Virus record (IMG/VR): IMGVR_UViG_3300036770_001422
Location: 1 to 61,044 of that record
Origin: a virus
Taxonomy: Duplodnaviria > Caudoviricetes
DNA: 61,044 nt
Reading direction: 5' to 3' (one strand)
The translations under genes and the position numbers were made by a program. The notes beneath the pieces are model-generated. The model did not search any database and was not told where the DNA came from. It saw nothing but the letters and a program-made list of their open reading frames with translations. Below, piece after piece: positions 1 through 9,322 of this stretch (positions are counted from its first letter, which is position 1; each line of letters starts with the position of its first letter).

Positions 1-419
1 CCGCCGGCTCCTACCACTATAGAATAGGTTCCAGCAGTTATAGATGCACTTGCGCTATATAACACGGCGGCGCCTGCTCCACCTCCTCCATGACCAAAAC
101 CTCCTGCTCCACCTCCTCCTACTATAAGAACTTCTGCTGTTGCTAATGAACTAGCAGAGGTAACTATAAATGTACCTGAAGTAGTAAATGTATGAATTTT
201 ATATGAACCTAAAGTAGTAACCGTGCCTCCACTAGCCACAATAATTCCTACAAACATACTGTTAATCCAACTGCCATTGTAATAAATTTCAACATATCCA
301 GTATCACTATTGATTCTTGAATACCCAGTAGCAGGTGAAGAAGGTCTTTGTGCTGTAGTTCCTACTGGAAAACTTAAAAATCCGGTGTCGTCAACTGCGG
401 TATTCTTTAAGGTTGCCAT
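1..419 (-). CDS. Partial (runs off the window start) glycine-rich tail fibre/adhesin-like protein, paralog of the next two genes
   Basis: Not in the ORF track. Manual translation from ATG at 419 gives MATLKNTAVDDTGFLSFPVGTTAQRPSSPATGYSRINSDTGYVEIYYNGSW...HTFTTSGTF...VLIVGGGGAGG, open to position 1. Confidence 0.75.
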   Translation of the reverse strand, partial: MATLKNTAVDDTGFLSFPVGTTAQRPSSPATGYSRINSDTGYVEIYYNGSWINSMFVGIIVASGGTVTTLGSYKIHTFTTSGTFIVTSASSLATAEVLIVGGGGAGGFGHGGGGAGAAVLYSASASITAGTYSIVVGAG

Positions 420-421
420 AC

Positions 422-1165
422 TTATACTCTATTCAACTGCCAACTATATCCTGCACTACCACCATAGTATGTACCTTGTGCTTGTGTAGGTTGACTGCTA
501 TCTAACATTCTAATTCTGTAAGCAAGATAACCTGTATTATTACTATAACTAAAGGTTATACTACTTCCATCACTTCTTCCACTGCTATATCCGCCCATGT
601 TCTGATTATTTGATCCATTATTACTACCAGTAAATGTTAATGCAGTCCAAGTTCCTGCTGTAGCAAATGAACCAGAATTACCACAATCATTAGAGCCTTC
701 TAATACAAAGTATCCCCAACTATTGCCGTGTACATATACTACAAGTTGATTTGCGGCTTTAGCAGTACCTAGATATACAGCCCAATACATAGGATAACTA
801 TTTGATCCACTATGACCGCCATGTGTACTAAAATATGTTGATGTATATGAAACAGAACCGGGAGTTACACTAGGCGCAGCATTGCCATACGTACTAATAG
901 TACTACTACCTTGACCCTGTAATCCTGTACCACCTACATTGACAATACTATGTGCCATTGCTGTAGTATTCAATTGATTTTGTGCTGCCCAACCTACTGT
1001 TGCTATGGTAGCCCAACTACCACTATAATATACTTCAAATGCGTTAGTAGTACTATTGATTCTAGTATCGCCGTCTACCGGACTGGCTGGTCGTTGAGCA
1101 GTAGTACCTACAGGTAATCTTAAAAACCCTGTGTCATTGATTGTGGTGTTCTTTAGTGTGGCCAT
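422..1165 (-). CDS. Virion fibre/adhesin-like protein with GTTAQRP N-terminal module and a possible galactose-binding/discoidin-like C-terminal domain
   Basis: N-terminus shared with its neighbours. C-terminal pattern YWAVYLG...FVLEGSND...W...YLAYRIR resembles F5/8-type domains. Confidence 0.55.
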   Translation of the reverse strand: MATLKNTTINDTGFLRLPVGTTAQRPASPVDGDTRINSTTNAFEVYYSGSWATIATVGWAAQNQLNTTAMAHSIVNVGGTGLQGQGSSTISTYGNAAPSVTPGSVSYTSTYFSTHGGHSGSNSYPMYWAVYLGTAKAANQLVVYVHGNSWGYFVLEGSNDCGNSGSFATAGTWTALTFTGSNNGSNNQNMGGYSSGRSDGSSITFSYSNNTGYLAYRIRMLDSSQPTQAQGTYYGGSAGYSWQLNRV

Positions 1166-1166
1166 A

Positions 1167-2744
1167 TTAATAAATTATAACGGCATAACCGTCATATCCT
1201 ACTGTATTTTGTGAACTAACACCATAACTAATATTTCCACCTGGATAATTTGCATCTGATGTTGCTTGTGTTGGTGGTGTAAGTCCGCTACCTGCATAGG
1301 TTGAACCGGTCACAGTTGTTATACCAGATGGTACTGATCCGCTTGTTTGACTAGCCACATAGCCAGAGCCGCCGGCACCACCGCCTCCATCATTACTGCC
1401 TGAACCACCACCATACCAACCTCCACCGCCACCTGAACCATCGGCCCCTGTTGCATCTCCGCCTTGCAATTGTATGCCTGCTCCTCCCCCACCACCTGTA
1501 CCGCCGGCGCCACCGGCTGATTGTGTTCCTGGTTGCCCTTGTCTTGCATCGGCAGGACTAGCAGATGCACCAGAACTTCCACCACCTGCACTACCAGACC
1601 AACTAGAATAGGCAGATCCTCCGCCACCACCTGCAATGGCTATAGCAGTAGATGCTGATATTGATGATAAAAATAATGCTGATCTTCCTCCACCTTGGCC
1701 GCCGGCAACGTCTCCGTCATAATATCCTCTACCACCATCTGGATATGCTCTTGCGTATTGATACCCAGTGGGTAACGATTTGCTTCCGCCTCTACCGCCT
1801 TGTCCTACTTGCAATTTGTAAGTTTGACCACTTGTTGATCCAGACACATATACATTAGCATCAGTAAAACCGCCGGCGCCAGTAACGCTACCAGAACTAT
1901 ATTGACCTTGGCCTCCGGCACCTCCCCATAATTTAACTCTAAAGTTGTATACATTTGAAGGGAATGTTACGTTGACATCAGATCCGGTATAACTATAAGT
2001 TGTTACAACAGGTGCTTTAACTTGAATACTAAAACTTCTATCAGTATAGTTTCCTGAAGTATCAGTTGCTCTCAAAGTAAAAGAGAAGGTAGTATCACTA
2101 ACTACTGCGCTGGTGGTACCTGAAATAACACCAGTACTTGAGTTCAAAGTCATACTAGTAGGTAAACTACCTGATACTAAACTATAACTTACAGAAGTTC
2201 CTTCTGGATCAGTTGCAGATACCGTAAAAGATGTATATTGTCTACTTTGATCATATATTAAACCCAAAGAGCCTGATGCTGTATTCCATGATGGTGCGCT
2301 GCCGCAATCTATAGCATCATATATTGTGGCTGTACCTGATGCTTGCGTTACTCTTACATCTAATGGTTCGTCTGCCACAGTGTATGTAACCGATGTTGTT
2401 GCCGTTAGTTGAGTACTGCTAACATAGGTTACCGTAGCCGCAGCAGAAGCATTTCCACTATTATTTATAAAACTTACAGTTGCATCACTGGTAAAATTTG
2501 CACCTGTAATGGTAAAAGAAGTGCCAGACACTCCGCTAAATGTAGTAGGTGTAACTGTTGATATGGTAGGGGCCGGCTGACCTATTATTGCCCAACCTAA
2601 ACTAGTATAGACTTCCGCATATCCTGTAGTTGTATTATATCTCATCATGCCCACAACTGGGCTAGCCGGTCTCTGTGCCGTAGTACCAGAAGGAAGTGTT
2701 AGAAATCCTGTATCGTTAACTGTGGTGTTCTTGAGTGTAGCCAC
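1167..2744 (-). CDS. Virion protein with GTTAQRP module, IPT/TIG and putative Ig (He_PIG-like) domains, and a glycine-rich C-terminal domain
   Basis: PTISTVTP...FTITGANF (IPT-like); ATDPEG...YSLVSGSLP.SMTLNSSTGVISGT...FTLRATD (Ig-like); VKLWGGAGG...GQGG...AGGGGG (Gly-rich). Confidence 0.65.
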   Translation of the reverse strand: MATLKNTTVNDTGFLTLPSGTTAQRPASPVVGMMRYNTTTGYAEVYTSLGWAIIGQPAPTISTVTPTTFSGVSGTSFTITGANFTSDATVSFINNSGNASAAATVTYVSSTQLTATTSVTYTVADEPLDVRVTQASGTATIYDAIDCGSAPSWNTASGSLGLIYDQSRQYTSFTVSATDPEGTSVSYSLVSGSLPTSMTLNSSTGVISGTTSAVVSDTTFSFTLRATDTSGNYTDRSFSIQVKAPVVTTYSYTGSDVNVTFPSNVYNFRVKLWGGAGGQGQYSSGSVTGAGGFTDANVYVSGSTSGQTYKLQVGQGGRGGSKSLPTGYQYARAYPDGGRGYYDGDVAGGQGGGRSALFLSSISASTAIAIAGGGGGSAYSSWSGSAGGGSSGASASPADARQGQPGTQSAGGAGGTGGGGGAGIQLQGGDATGADGSGGGGGWYGGGSGSNDGGGGAGGSGYVASQTSGSVPSGITTVTGSTYAGSGLTPPTQATSDANYPGGNISYGVSSQNTVGYDGYAVIIY

Positions 2745-2755
2745 TTTACACCACC

Positions 2756-5746
2756 TTATTTCTTAGTTTTGCGTTTTTTGCCCTTAAGACTATCAATCTC
2801 GTCCTTAAGGACTTTAATTGACTCTAGCAAATAGACAGTCAATCTTGAATACTTAACACTGTCTGGATTACCTTTACTGTCTAATCCAACTAAGTTTGGA
2901 AGTATTTGTGCTACTTCTTCAGCAACTAGACCTGCTTCTCCTTTAGTTGTGCCATCTTTTCTGTCATATATGTGACCAACAAGTTGCATAATAACATCTA
3001 ATGGATTTTCGATTGGTCTAAAGTTTTCTTTGATTGTGATACTTGATGTTTCAGTCAATGTAGCAGCCGTTACAGTGCCACTTGAACATGTTAAGTTGCC
3101 TGCAGTAATATTACCTGTAACTGCTAAACTGGTCAATGTACCAACTGATGTAATGTTTGGTTGAGCCGCAGTTGTAACGGTTCCAGCAGTTGCCGCACTA
3201 CCTGTTACGCTGATGCCCCAACTACCACTTGCATTTGTACCTGTTGTACTTGGTGCGCCTATAGTGTTATAACTTACTGTTACTGCACTACCACCATTAA
3301 ATGTTTGACCGCTAGCACCACCTGCGCCACCGTTATTGAATGTGATACTATTGGTTGTGCTTGCTGTTACTGTAGCACTACCACCTAAACTAATTGATGT
3401 GCCGTTAACAGTTATAGAACTATTTGCTAATCTTGCTTGATCAATTGTACCTGAACTGATATTACTACCGTTCAAGTTGGTTAGACTTGCACCATTACCA
3501 GTAAATACACCTGTGTTTGCTGTGATGTTTGCCGCAGTAATTGTACCACTGACACCCAATGAACTTAATGTACCAACACTTGTTACATTGGGTTGTGCTG
3601 CCGTTGTTAATGTACCTGCAACTAAACTACCACCAATTGTGCCTGAGTTGGCATAAACATTACCTGATGTGATGTTACCTGTAACTGCTAATGATCCTAA
3701 TGTACCAACTGTAGTAATATTTGTTTGGCTTGCTGTAGCAATTGTACCTGTAATATTGTTTGCTGTAATATTACCATCACTATTTCTTAGTACTAATGTG
3801 TTTGCAGAAGCACTACTATCCTGTGCATAACCATTCAATAAGTTAGCATTAAGATTTGCCACAACAGTTTGTGAACTTACGACAAATGGTGCTGTACCAA
3901 TTGTTACATTTGATGTAATTTGTTTGGCTATAACATAGTTAGCGTCAACATTACCTGTAAATACACCTGCAGTACCACCTATGTTACCAACATTTGCATT
4001 TGCTAATACAGTTAATGAACCCATTTTAACTGGACTATAACTTGCATTAGCCCAATCAATAGTTGTAGTTGGTTCTGCAACTACACCATAATAGAATTTC
4101 CATGTATTATCTGTATGGTCTCTAGCAATACCGGTGTGTGCATATACACCATCGTTATAATTACCAACAAGACCAATATCGTCTGTGTCACCTACATTAT
4201 TACTTGCCAAATAAATTAATGGATCATTAACAACTAAATCACTAACATTAGCGTAAACTAAGTTACCAGTTACAGTAAAATTACCACCTACTGACAAATT
4301 GTTTGTTATATTTAAACTCTCTAATGTACCAACACTAGTTATGTTTGGCTGTGCATTAGTTGTTAATGTACCGGTTAATAGACTTGCACCTATTGTGCCA
4401 CTATTTGCATAAATGTTTGCAGTAGATGTAGCATTACCACTTAGTGCTAAACCGGTTAATGTACCTACACTTGTAACATGAGGTTGTGCATTTGTCATCA
4501 ATGTACCGGTTACATAATTTGCAACCATTGCATTACCTAAGTTACCGTTACTTGCTGTTAAATTACCAGTAATTGTAAAGTCATCACCTGTTGCACTTAA
4601 TGTTGTATTACCAAGATAGATTGTACTGTTTGACAAATACAAATCTTTGAATCTATGTGTACTATTTCCTAAATCATATGTAACATTTGCAGTTGGTGTA
4701 ATATTTCCACTTACAGTTAAACCTGACAATGTGCCAACACTTGTAATATTTGGCTGACTTGCAGTAGTTAATGAACCACCTAATGTAGTTGCTACAACAC
4801 CTGTAGCACCTAAGTTACCTACATTAGCGTTGCCTGTAATGTTTGCATAACCACTTATATTTGCACCGGTGCTTGTTACTACAACAATATTACTTGAGCC
4901 GGCTGCACTAATTGCTACGTTTCCGTTAGCATATGTCTTTACGTTTGCATTGCCATTCTGTATCGCAGTTGCGTCAATACCTGTTAACTGACTACCATTA
5001 CCAATAAAATATGCGGCTTGAACATTACCCGATACACCTAAGGCTGCTGCATTGGCATTGCCTGATACATTTAATGTACCTGTGATGTTTGCTCCTGTGC
5101 CTGTTACTACCATTACGTTGGAAACACCATTTGAACTTATGAGTACGTTTCCATTAGCAACAGGAATATTTACATTACTTGTACCATTTGATAAATCACT
5201 TGTGCTTGCATCTGTATTACCTGCGATAGTAAAATTACCACCATCGGGGTTAGTCATAACAATAGCATTACCCGTAGTAGTGATAGTAGCATCACCCAGT
5301 ACGATTGTGTTTCCTGACAGATATAAATTATTCCAACGATTTGTATTATTGCCTAAACTGTATGTTAAGTTTGCTGTAGGGATAATATTTGCTGTAGCAA
5401 ACACATTAGATCCTGTAACAGTTACAACATTGGCATTACCTGCTACGCTGATTCCTACGTTTCCACCACTACTTGATACAGCAACATTACTGTTGCCATT
5501 ACTGATACTATCTGTATTGACTGTTAATGTAGTCCAACTTAAGTTACCACTACCATCAGTTTGTAGATATTGTCCGTTTGTACCACCTGTAATGATAACA
5601 GTTGATACTAAACCTAAATTACTATTTCCTGCAACAGATAGATTACCTGTGCTAGTTAAATTATCAACCAACAGGGTATCGTTACTAGGAAGTTCCTGTA
5701 TCGTAAGAGTTGATGCATTCGCTACTAACGGGTATCTATTTGCCAT
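2756..5746 (-). CDS. Tail fibre protein with C-terminal intramolecular chaperone (peptidase S74-like) domain
   Basis: Repeats of TTAAQPNITSVGTL. The C-terminus SSITIKENF...GLVAEEV...LV...VKYSRLTVYLLESIKVLKDEIDSLK is typical of auto-cleaved fibre chaperones. Confidence 0.8.
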   Translation of the reverse strand: MANRYPLVANASTLTIQELPSNDTLLVDNLTSTGNLSVAGNSNLGLVSTVIITGGTNGQYLQTDGSGNLSWTTLTVNTDSISNGNSNVAVSSSGGNVGISVAGNANVVTVTGSNVFATANIIPTANLTYSLGNNTNRWNNLYLSGNTIVLGDATITTTGNAIVMTNPDGGNFTIAGNTDASTSDLSNGTSNVNIPVANGNVLISSNGVSNVMVVTGTGANITGTLNVSGNANAAALGVSGNVQAAYFIGNGSQLTGIDATAIQNGNANVKTYANGNVAISAAGSSNIVVVTSTGANISGYANITGNANVGNLGATGVVATTLGGSLTTASQPNITSVGTLSGLTVSGNITPTANVTYDLGNSTHRFKDLYLSNSTIYLGNTTLSATGDDFTITGNLTASNGNLGNAMVANYVTGTLMTNAQPHVTSVGTLTGLALSGNATSTANIYANSGTIGASLLTGTLTTNAQPNITSVGTLESLNITNNLSVGGNFTVTGNLVYANVSDLVVNDPLIYLASNNVGDTDDIGLVGNYNDGVYAHTGIARDHTDNTWKFYYGVVAEPTTTIDWANASYSPVKMGSLTVLANANVGNIGGTAGVFTGNVDANYVIAKQITSNVTIGTAPFVVSSQTVVANLNANLLNGYAQDSSASANTLVLRNSDGNITANNITGTIATASQTNITTVGTLGSLAVTGNITSGNVYANSGTIGGSLVAGTLTTAAQPNVTSVGTLSSLGVSGTITAANITANTGVFTGNGASLTNLNGSNISSGTIDQARLANSSITVNGTSISLGGSATVTASTTNSITFNNGGAGGASGQTFNGGSAVTVSYNTIGAPSTTGTNASGSWGISVTGSAATAGTVTTAAQPNITSVGTLTSLAVTGNITAGNLTCSSGTVTAATLTETSSITIKENFRPIENPLDVIMQLVGHIYDRKDGTTKGEAGLVAEEVAQILPNLVGLDSKGNPDSVKYSRLTVYLLESIKVLKDEIDSLKGKKRKTKK

Positions 5747-5764
5747 TTCTTCTGTCCTTCAATC

Positions 5765-5772
5765 TATTTATC
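5765..5772 (-). promoter_or_regulatory. Late promoter GATAAATA
   Basis: Variant of the T4 late promoter TATAAATA upstream of the 5746 start; the same motif recurs before many structural genes. Confidence 0.65.
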
Positions 5773-7230
5773 TCATTGGGTAACTGTTAAATCTAAGAAA
5801 GTTCCGTTTCTTAAGCGTAATGGGTACACTCTTAATACTGGTACAGGGCTTGAAGTATATGTTGTAGTATCTCTTAATTCTACTGTAATATAATTCGTAG
5901 GCATTGTTTTCCAGCCCAGTGTTTGCGCACCGCCGTCAGCAACAATACCTAAAACCTGTTGTGTTGTACCGGTTGCATTTGGAACAATGAACGATGCATT
6001 GTTTGCTGTGCTAGGTACAAGAAAGTTTATTGCATTACCTGATCCGTTTTGAAATGATAACTGATTACTATTACCAAGTACAGTAACATTACTAACTGTT
6101 AATACATTAGAAACCTTATTCCATAAGAACTTTCCACTACCTGCAAAGTTTCCGCTGTCATTAAACTGCACATATGTATTGAATCCACCTGGGCTTCCTG
6201 CCACGTTTCCCCAAGTTACATTACCATTACCATCTGTTATAAGTGCTTGTCCGTTACTACCACCACTGATAGTTAAGTTGCTCGTTCCACCTAAGTTAAT
6301 CTTGCTACCGGAAATTGTCATTACGTTAGCATTTCCGTTAGCACTAAATGTTATATCTCCACCTGCTGTAGCAATATCAATGTTAGAATTACCATTGCTT
6401 ACATTTGATACGGATGAAATAATAGTACTCCAACTTAAGTTACCATTACCATCTGTTATAAGTGCTTGTCCGTTACTACCACCTGTAATTAATATATTTG
6501 AATTGCTACCTAAATTACTAGTGCCATTAACTATTATTCCAGTACCTGTCACTGTCAATATATTTGCATTGCCATCGACAGTCATATAGATAGGACCATC
6601 TTGCAACGGAATATTTACATTACTTGTACCGTTTGCTAATTCACTTTGTGGTAGAATATTTGCTGTAGAAAATATACTAACTTCAATTTGTGATCCATTT
6701 GCAGGGGCACTATCAAATATAAGATTAGCGCCACTTAATGAATAAGCATCTCTTAATAATGATACACCATTATAATTAACGAAAGTTTGATCAATGCTTG
6801 CAGGGGTAACTGTTAGTTGGAATGTAGTCTCTACGCCATTACCTGTAAAGTCATTTACAGTAATATTGGCGCCACCTCCACCTCCACCGTTACCGCTAGG
6901 TGTTGTCCAACTTAGATTACCTGATCCATCTGTAGTAAGAACTTGTCCTACACTACCGCCTAAGATTGCGATATTACTTATTGTGCCTAAATTACTTGTC
7001 TGTTCAACTTTTAAACTTTTTATTGTTGCAAGAGAATTTGATACAACAATTGTATTAGACCAACTGCGTGTTCCGTTAACGTCAGATGTGAAGAAACTTC
7101 CATTGCTTGTGGGCACACCCAAATCAGGTTCAGCATTTTGTAGATTTAACCAATTATAACGGTTTGGGTCCGCATTTGTTGCTGGGACCTTTTTAACTCT
7201 ACCGCTGATTAATCCTGTATTTGTTCCCAT
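5773..7230 (-). CDS. Tail fibre/structural protein
   Basis: GGSNGQALITDGNGNLSW and NGNSNIDI modules and an FTGNGVETTF domain; lies within the fibre cluster. Confidence 0.6.
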   Translation of the reverse strand: MGTNTGLISGRVKKVPATNADPNRYNWLNLQNAEPDLGVPTSNGSFFTSDVNGTRSWSNTIVVSNSLATIKSLKVEQTSNLGTISNIAILGGSVGQVLTTDGSGNLSWTTPSGNGGGGGGANITVNDFTGNGVETTFQLTVTPASIDQTFVNYNGVSLLRDAYSLSGANLIFDSAPANGSQIEVSIFSTANILPQSELANGTSNVNIPLQDGPIYMTVDGNANILTVTGTGIIVNGTSNLGSNSNILITGGSNGQALITDGNGNLSWSTIISSVSNVSNGNSNIDIATAGGDITFSANGNANVMTISGSKINLGGTSNLTISGGSNGQALITDGNGNVTWGNVAGSPGGFNTYVQFNDSGNFAGSGKFLWNKVSNVLTVSNVTVLGNSNQLSFQNGSGNAINFLVPSTANNASFIVPNATGTTQQVLGIVADGGAQTLGWKTMPTNYITVELRDTTTYTSSPVPVLRVYPLRLRNGTFLDLTVTQ

Positions 7231-7553
7231 TATGTAGTCTCAAGTATACTTACAGTTAATTTAATAACTGAATTTGCATTAGCAAGAACACTCATAGAGT
7301 TGCCTGCTTGTAAAACTAATTTACCTGTAAGCATGCTTGCGGCATCACCTACAGGTATTGTAAAATCTTTTGTTATTTCTGTATTGCCATTTAATGAGGT
7401 GTAAAACGTTACATTCGCATCACTATTACCAACGTTGGTTGCTTGCGCTAATAACACAATTGTTGTTGTACCTGACGGAGTAGTATAAAATGTATTACCC
7501 ACAGTTGTTGCATCTACTGCATATGATTTAAATGTGTTGATTGTTGATGCCAT
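7230..7553 (-). CDS. Small virion structural protein (fibre-associated)
   Basis: 107 aa, beta-rich (YTTPSGTTTIVL...KLVLQAGNS), stop overlaps the start of the next gene. Confidence 0.55.
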   Translation of the reverse strand: MASTINTFKSYAVDATTVGNTFYTTPSGTTTIVLLAQATNVGNSDANVTFYTSLNGNTEITKDFTIPVGDAASMLTGKLVLQAGNSMSVLANANSVIKLTVSILETT

Positions 7554-7565
7554 TTATGTTATCCT

Positions 7566-9320
7566 TTAATTCTCCAACGCTAGTATATATGGCGTCATTA
7601 TTGCAAACAAACTTTTTTCAAACGTTGTACCTGTAATAATTCCGGCTTCTTCATTAATTGTTAATCCAGCACCGATTCTAAAATCACCAAATTGGTCTGT
7701 GCTTGTCCAGTTTACAATGCCACCGTTTGCTTGTATGACTTCATTTACTTGAATAGGTATGCCACCTAATCTTGGGGTAGCAGTCAATATATTAGTTCCT
7801 GTTCCTACATATTCAAATGTTTGTCCTGATGCGCTGATAAAACTTGGCTGATAAAAACTTACACCATCTCCTACTGTAGGAGTAGTTCCAGGTGGTTGAT
7901 CAAATGTGATCGTGCTTCCCCCGCTTACTAACGCTGTTGCTGTTTTTACAGTATACCAAGTAGTATCTCCTGCAAACTGAAAACTATCATTAACTGCTGG
8001 TCTTTGTGGTAAATTATCAACAACTACTATTCCATTTGTAAAACTTACAACATTTCCAGCATATAATTGTGAACTTTTACCATCTGCCCAAAGTGCATAA
8101 TCACCAAAACTATTATTACTATTAGATACTGAGCATTGACCACCGCTTTCGCAATGTACGCCAATCGAACAGCAAATAGTAAAGATACTTACTAATTGAG
8201 CATAAGCAGAATTAATAATATGTATTCCTTTACCGCCTTGATTAAATTGAGTATAACTATCAAGCACCATTGACTTTAATCCACTGGCTAAACTACCATC
8301 AATACGCATTCCGCAACCTGTAGTAGTTATAGAACTACAGTTTTGTATATACGGGCTTGTTGATATAAAGCCGGCGCCTGATGTAGGGAATGCTATCGCT
8401 GCTGATGGATTCAAATGATCTCTAAAAGTTATTCCTGTAACGTAACATTTATTTCTAACATGAAACACATCTGATGTGGGTGTTGCTGGTCTTACTGTAA
8501 CTGTTCTTAAGTTATCACCGACAATTGATACACCAGCCGGTACACTTACAGGATTAACTTCTGTATAATCACCTGATTTAACAAATATGGTCGTGCCTGA
8601 TGTTGCAACTGCGCATGCGCCGGCAATTGTTAATTTGGCACTTTCTAATGAATTACCGCTATTACTATCGTTTCCGTCTTTGCTTACATATAATACGTTA
8701 GTTGCATCACCTACTGTTGCCCAACTTAATAGTCCAGCACCATTAGTTTTAAGAAATTGACCATTACTACCCCCAGTAATAGCAACGTTTGATACACTAC
8801 CTAAATCAGTGGTAGATGTGACTGCAAAATTATTTGCTCTTAATGTTGTGGTAGTTTTATTAAATGTTAGGCCTGCATTACCACCAAATGTTCCATTGTC
8901 ATTAAATTGAACTTGTGTGTTACTACCACCCGGTGTTCCTCCACCATTGGCTGCTGCACCACTAACATCAATCAATATACCATCTACTTCAAATTCACCT
9001 TCAATAGTAATTGGTTCAAAGAAAAGACCTTGAAAGTTTTCTTCAACTAGATATGATTCACCGTTTGGAATCAGATATGGCATAACGGCAGCACGATTTG
9101 ATGTACCGGATGCATCTGAGAAACTTAGAACACCATTGCCATCAGTGATAATAACTTGTCCGCTACTACCACCTGTTATGGTTATGTTAGCGATGGGCCC
9201 TAGATTACTAGTACCCGATACAGTTAAATTGGCTGCTGAGAAATTGCCATCTGCATCGATGACAATATTCCCATTATATAAACCAAATCCACCATCGCTG
9301 TTTAAAGACTTCAATGCCAT
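7566..9320 (-). CDS. Tail fibre/spike protein with pectin-lyase-like beta-helix domain
   Basis: LYVSKDGNDSNSG...AKLTIAGA...TIFVKSGDY.E...VSIVGDNLR is the typical entry to a beta-helix. Confidence 0.65.
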   Translation of the reverse strand: MALKSLNSDGGFGLYNGNIVIDADGNFSAANLTVSGTSNLGPIANITITGGSSGQVIITDGNGVLSFSDASGTSNRAAVMPYLIPNGESYLVEENFQGLFFEPITIEGEFEVDGILIDVSGAAANGGGTPGGSNTQVQFNDNGTFGGNAGLTFNKTTTTLRANNFAVTSTTDLGSVSNVAITGGSNGQFLKTNGAGLLSWATVGDATNVLYVSKDGNDSNSGNSLESAKLTIAGACAVATSGTTIFVKSGDYTEVNPVSVPAGVSIVGDNLRTVTVRPATPTSDVFHVRNKCYVTGITFRDHLNPSAAIAFPTSGAGFISTSPYIQNCSSITTTGCGMRIDGSLASGLKSMVLDSYTQFNQGGKGIHIINSAYAQLVSIFTICCSIGVHCESGGQCSVSNSNNSFGDYALWADGKSSQLYAGNVVSFTNGIVVVDNLPQRPAVNDSFQFAGDTTWYTVKTATALVSGGSTITFDQPPGTTPTVGDGVSFYQPSFISASGQTFEYVGTGTNILTATPRLGGIPIQVNEVIQANGGIVNWTSTDQFGDFRIGAGLTINEEAGIITGTTFEKSLFAIMTPYILALEN

Positions 9321-9322
9321 AA

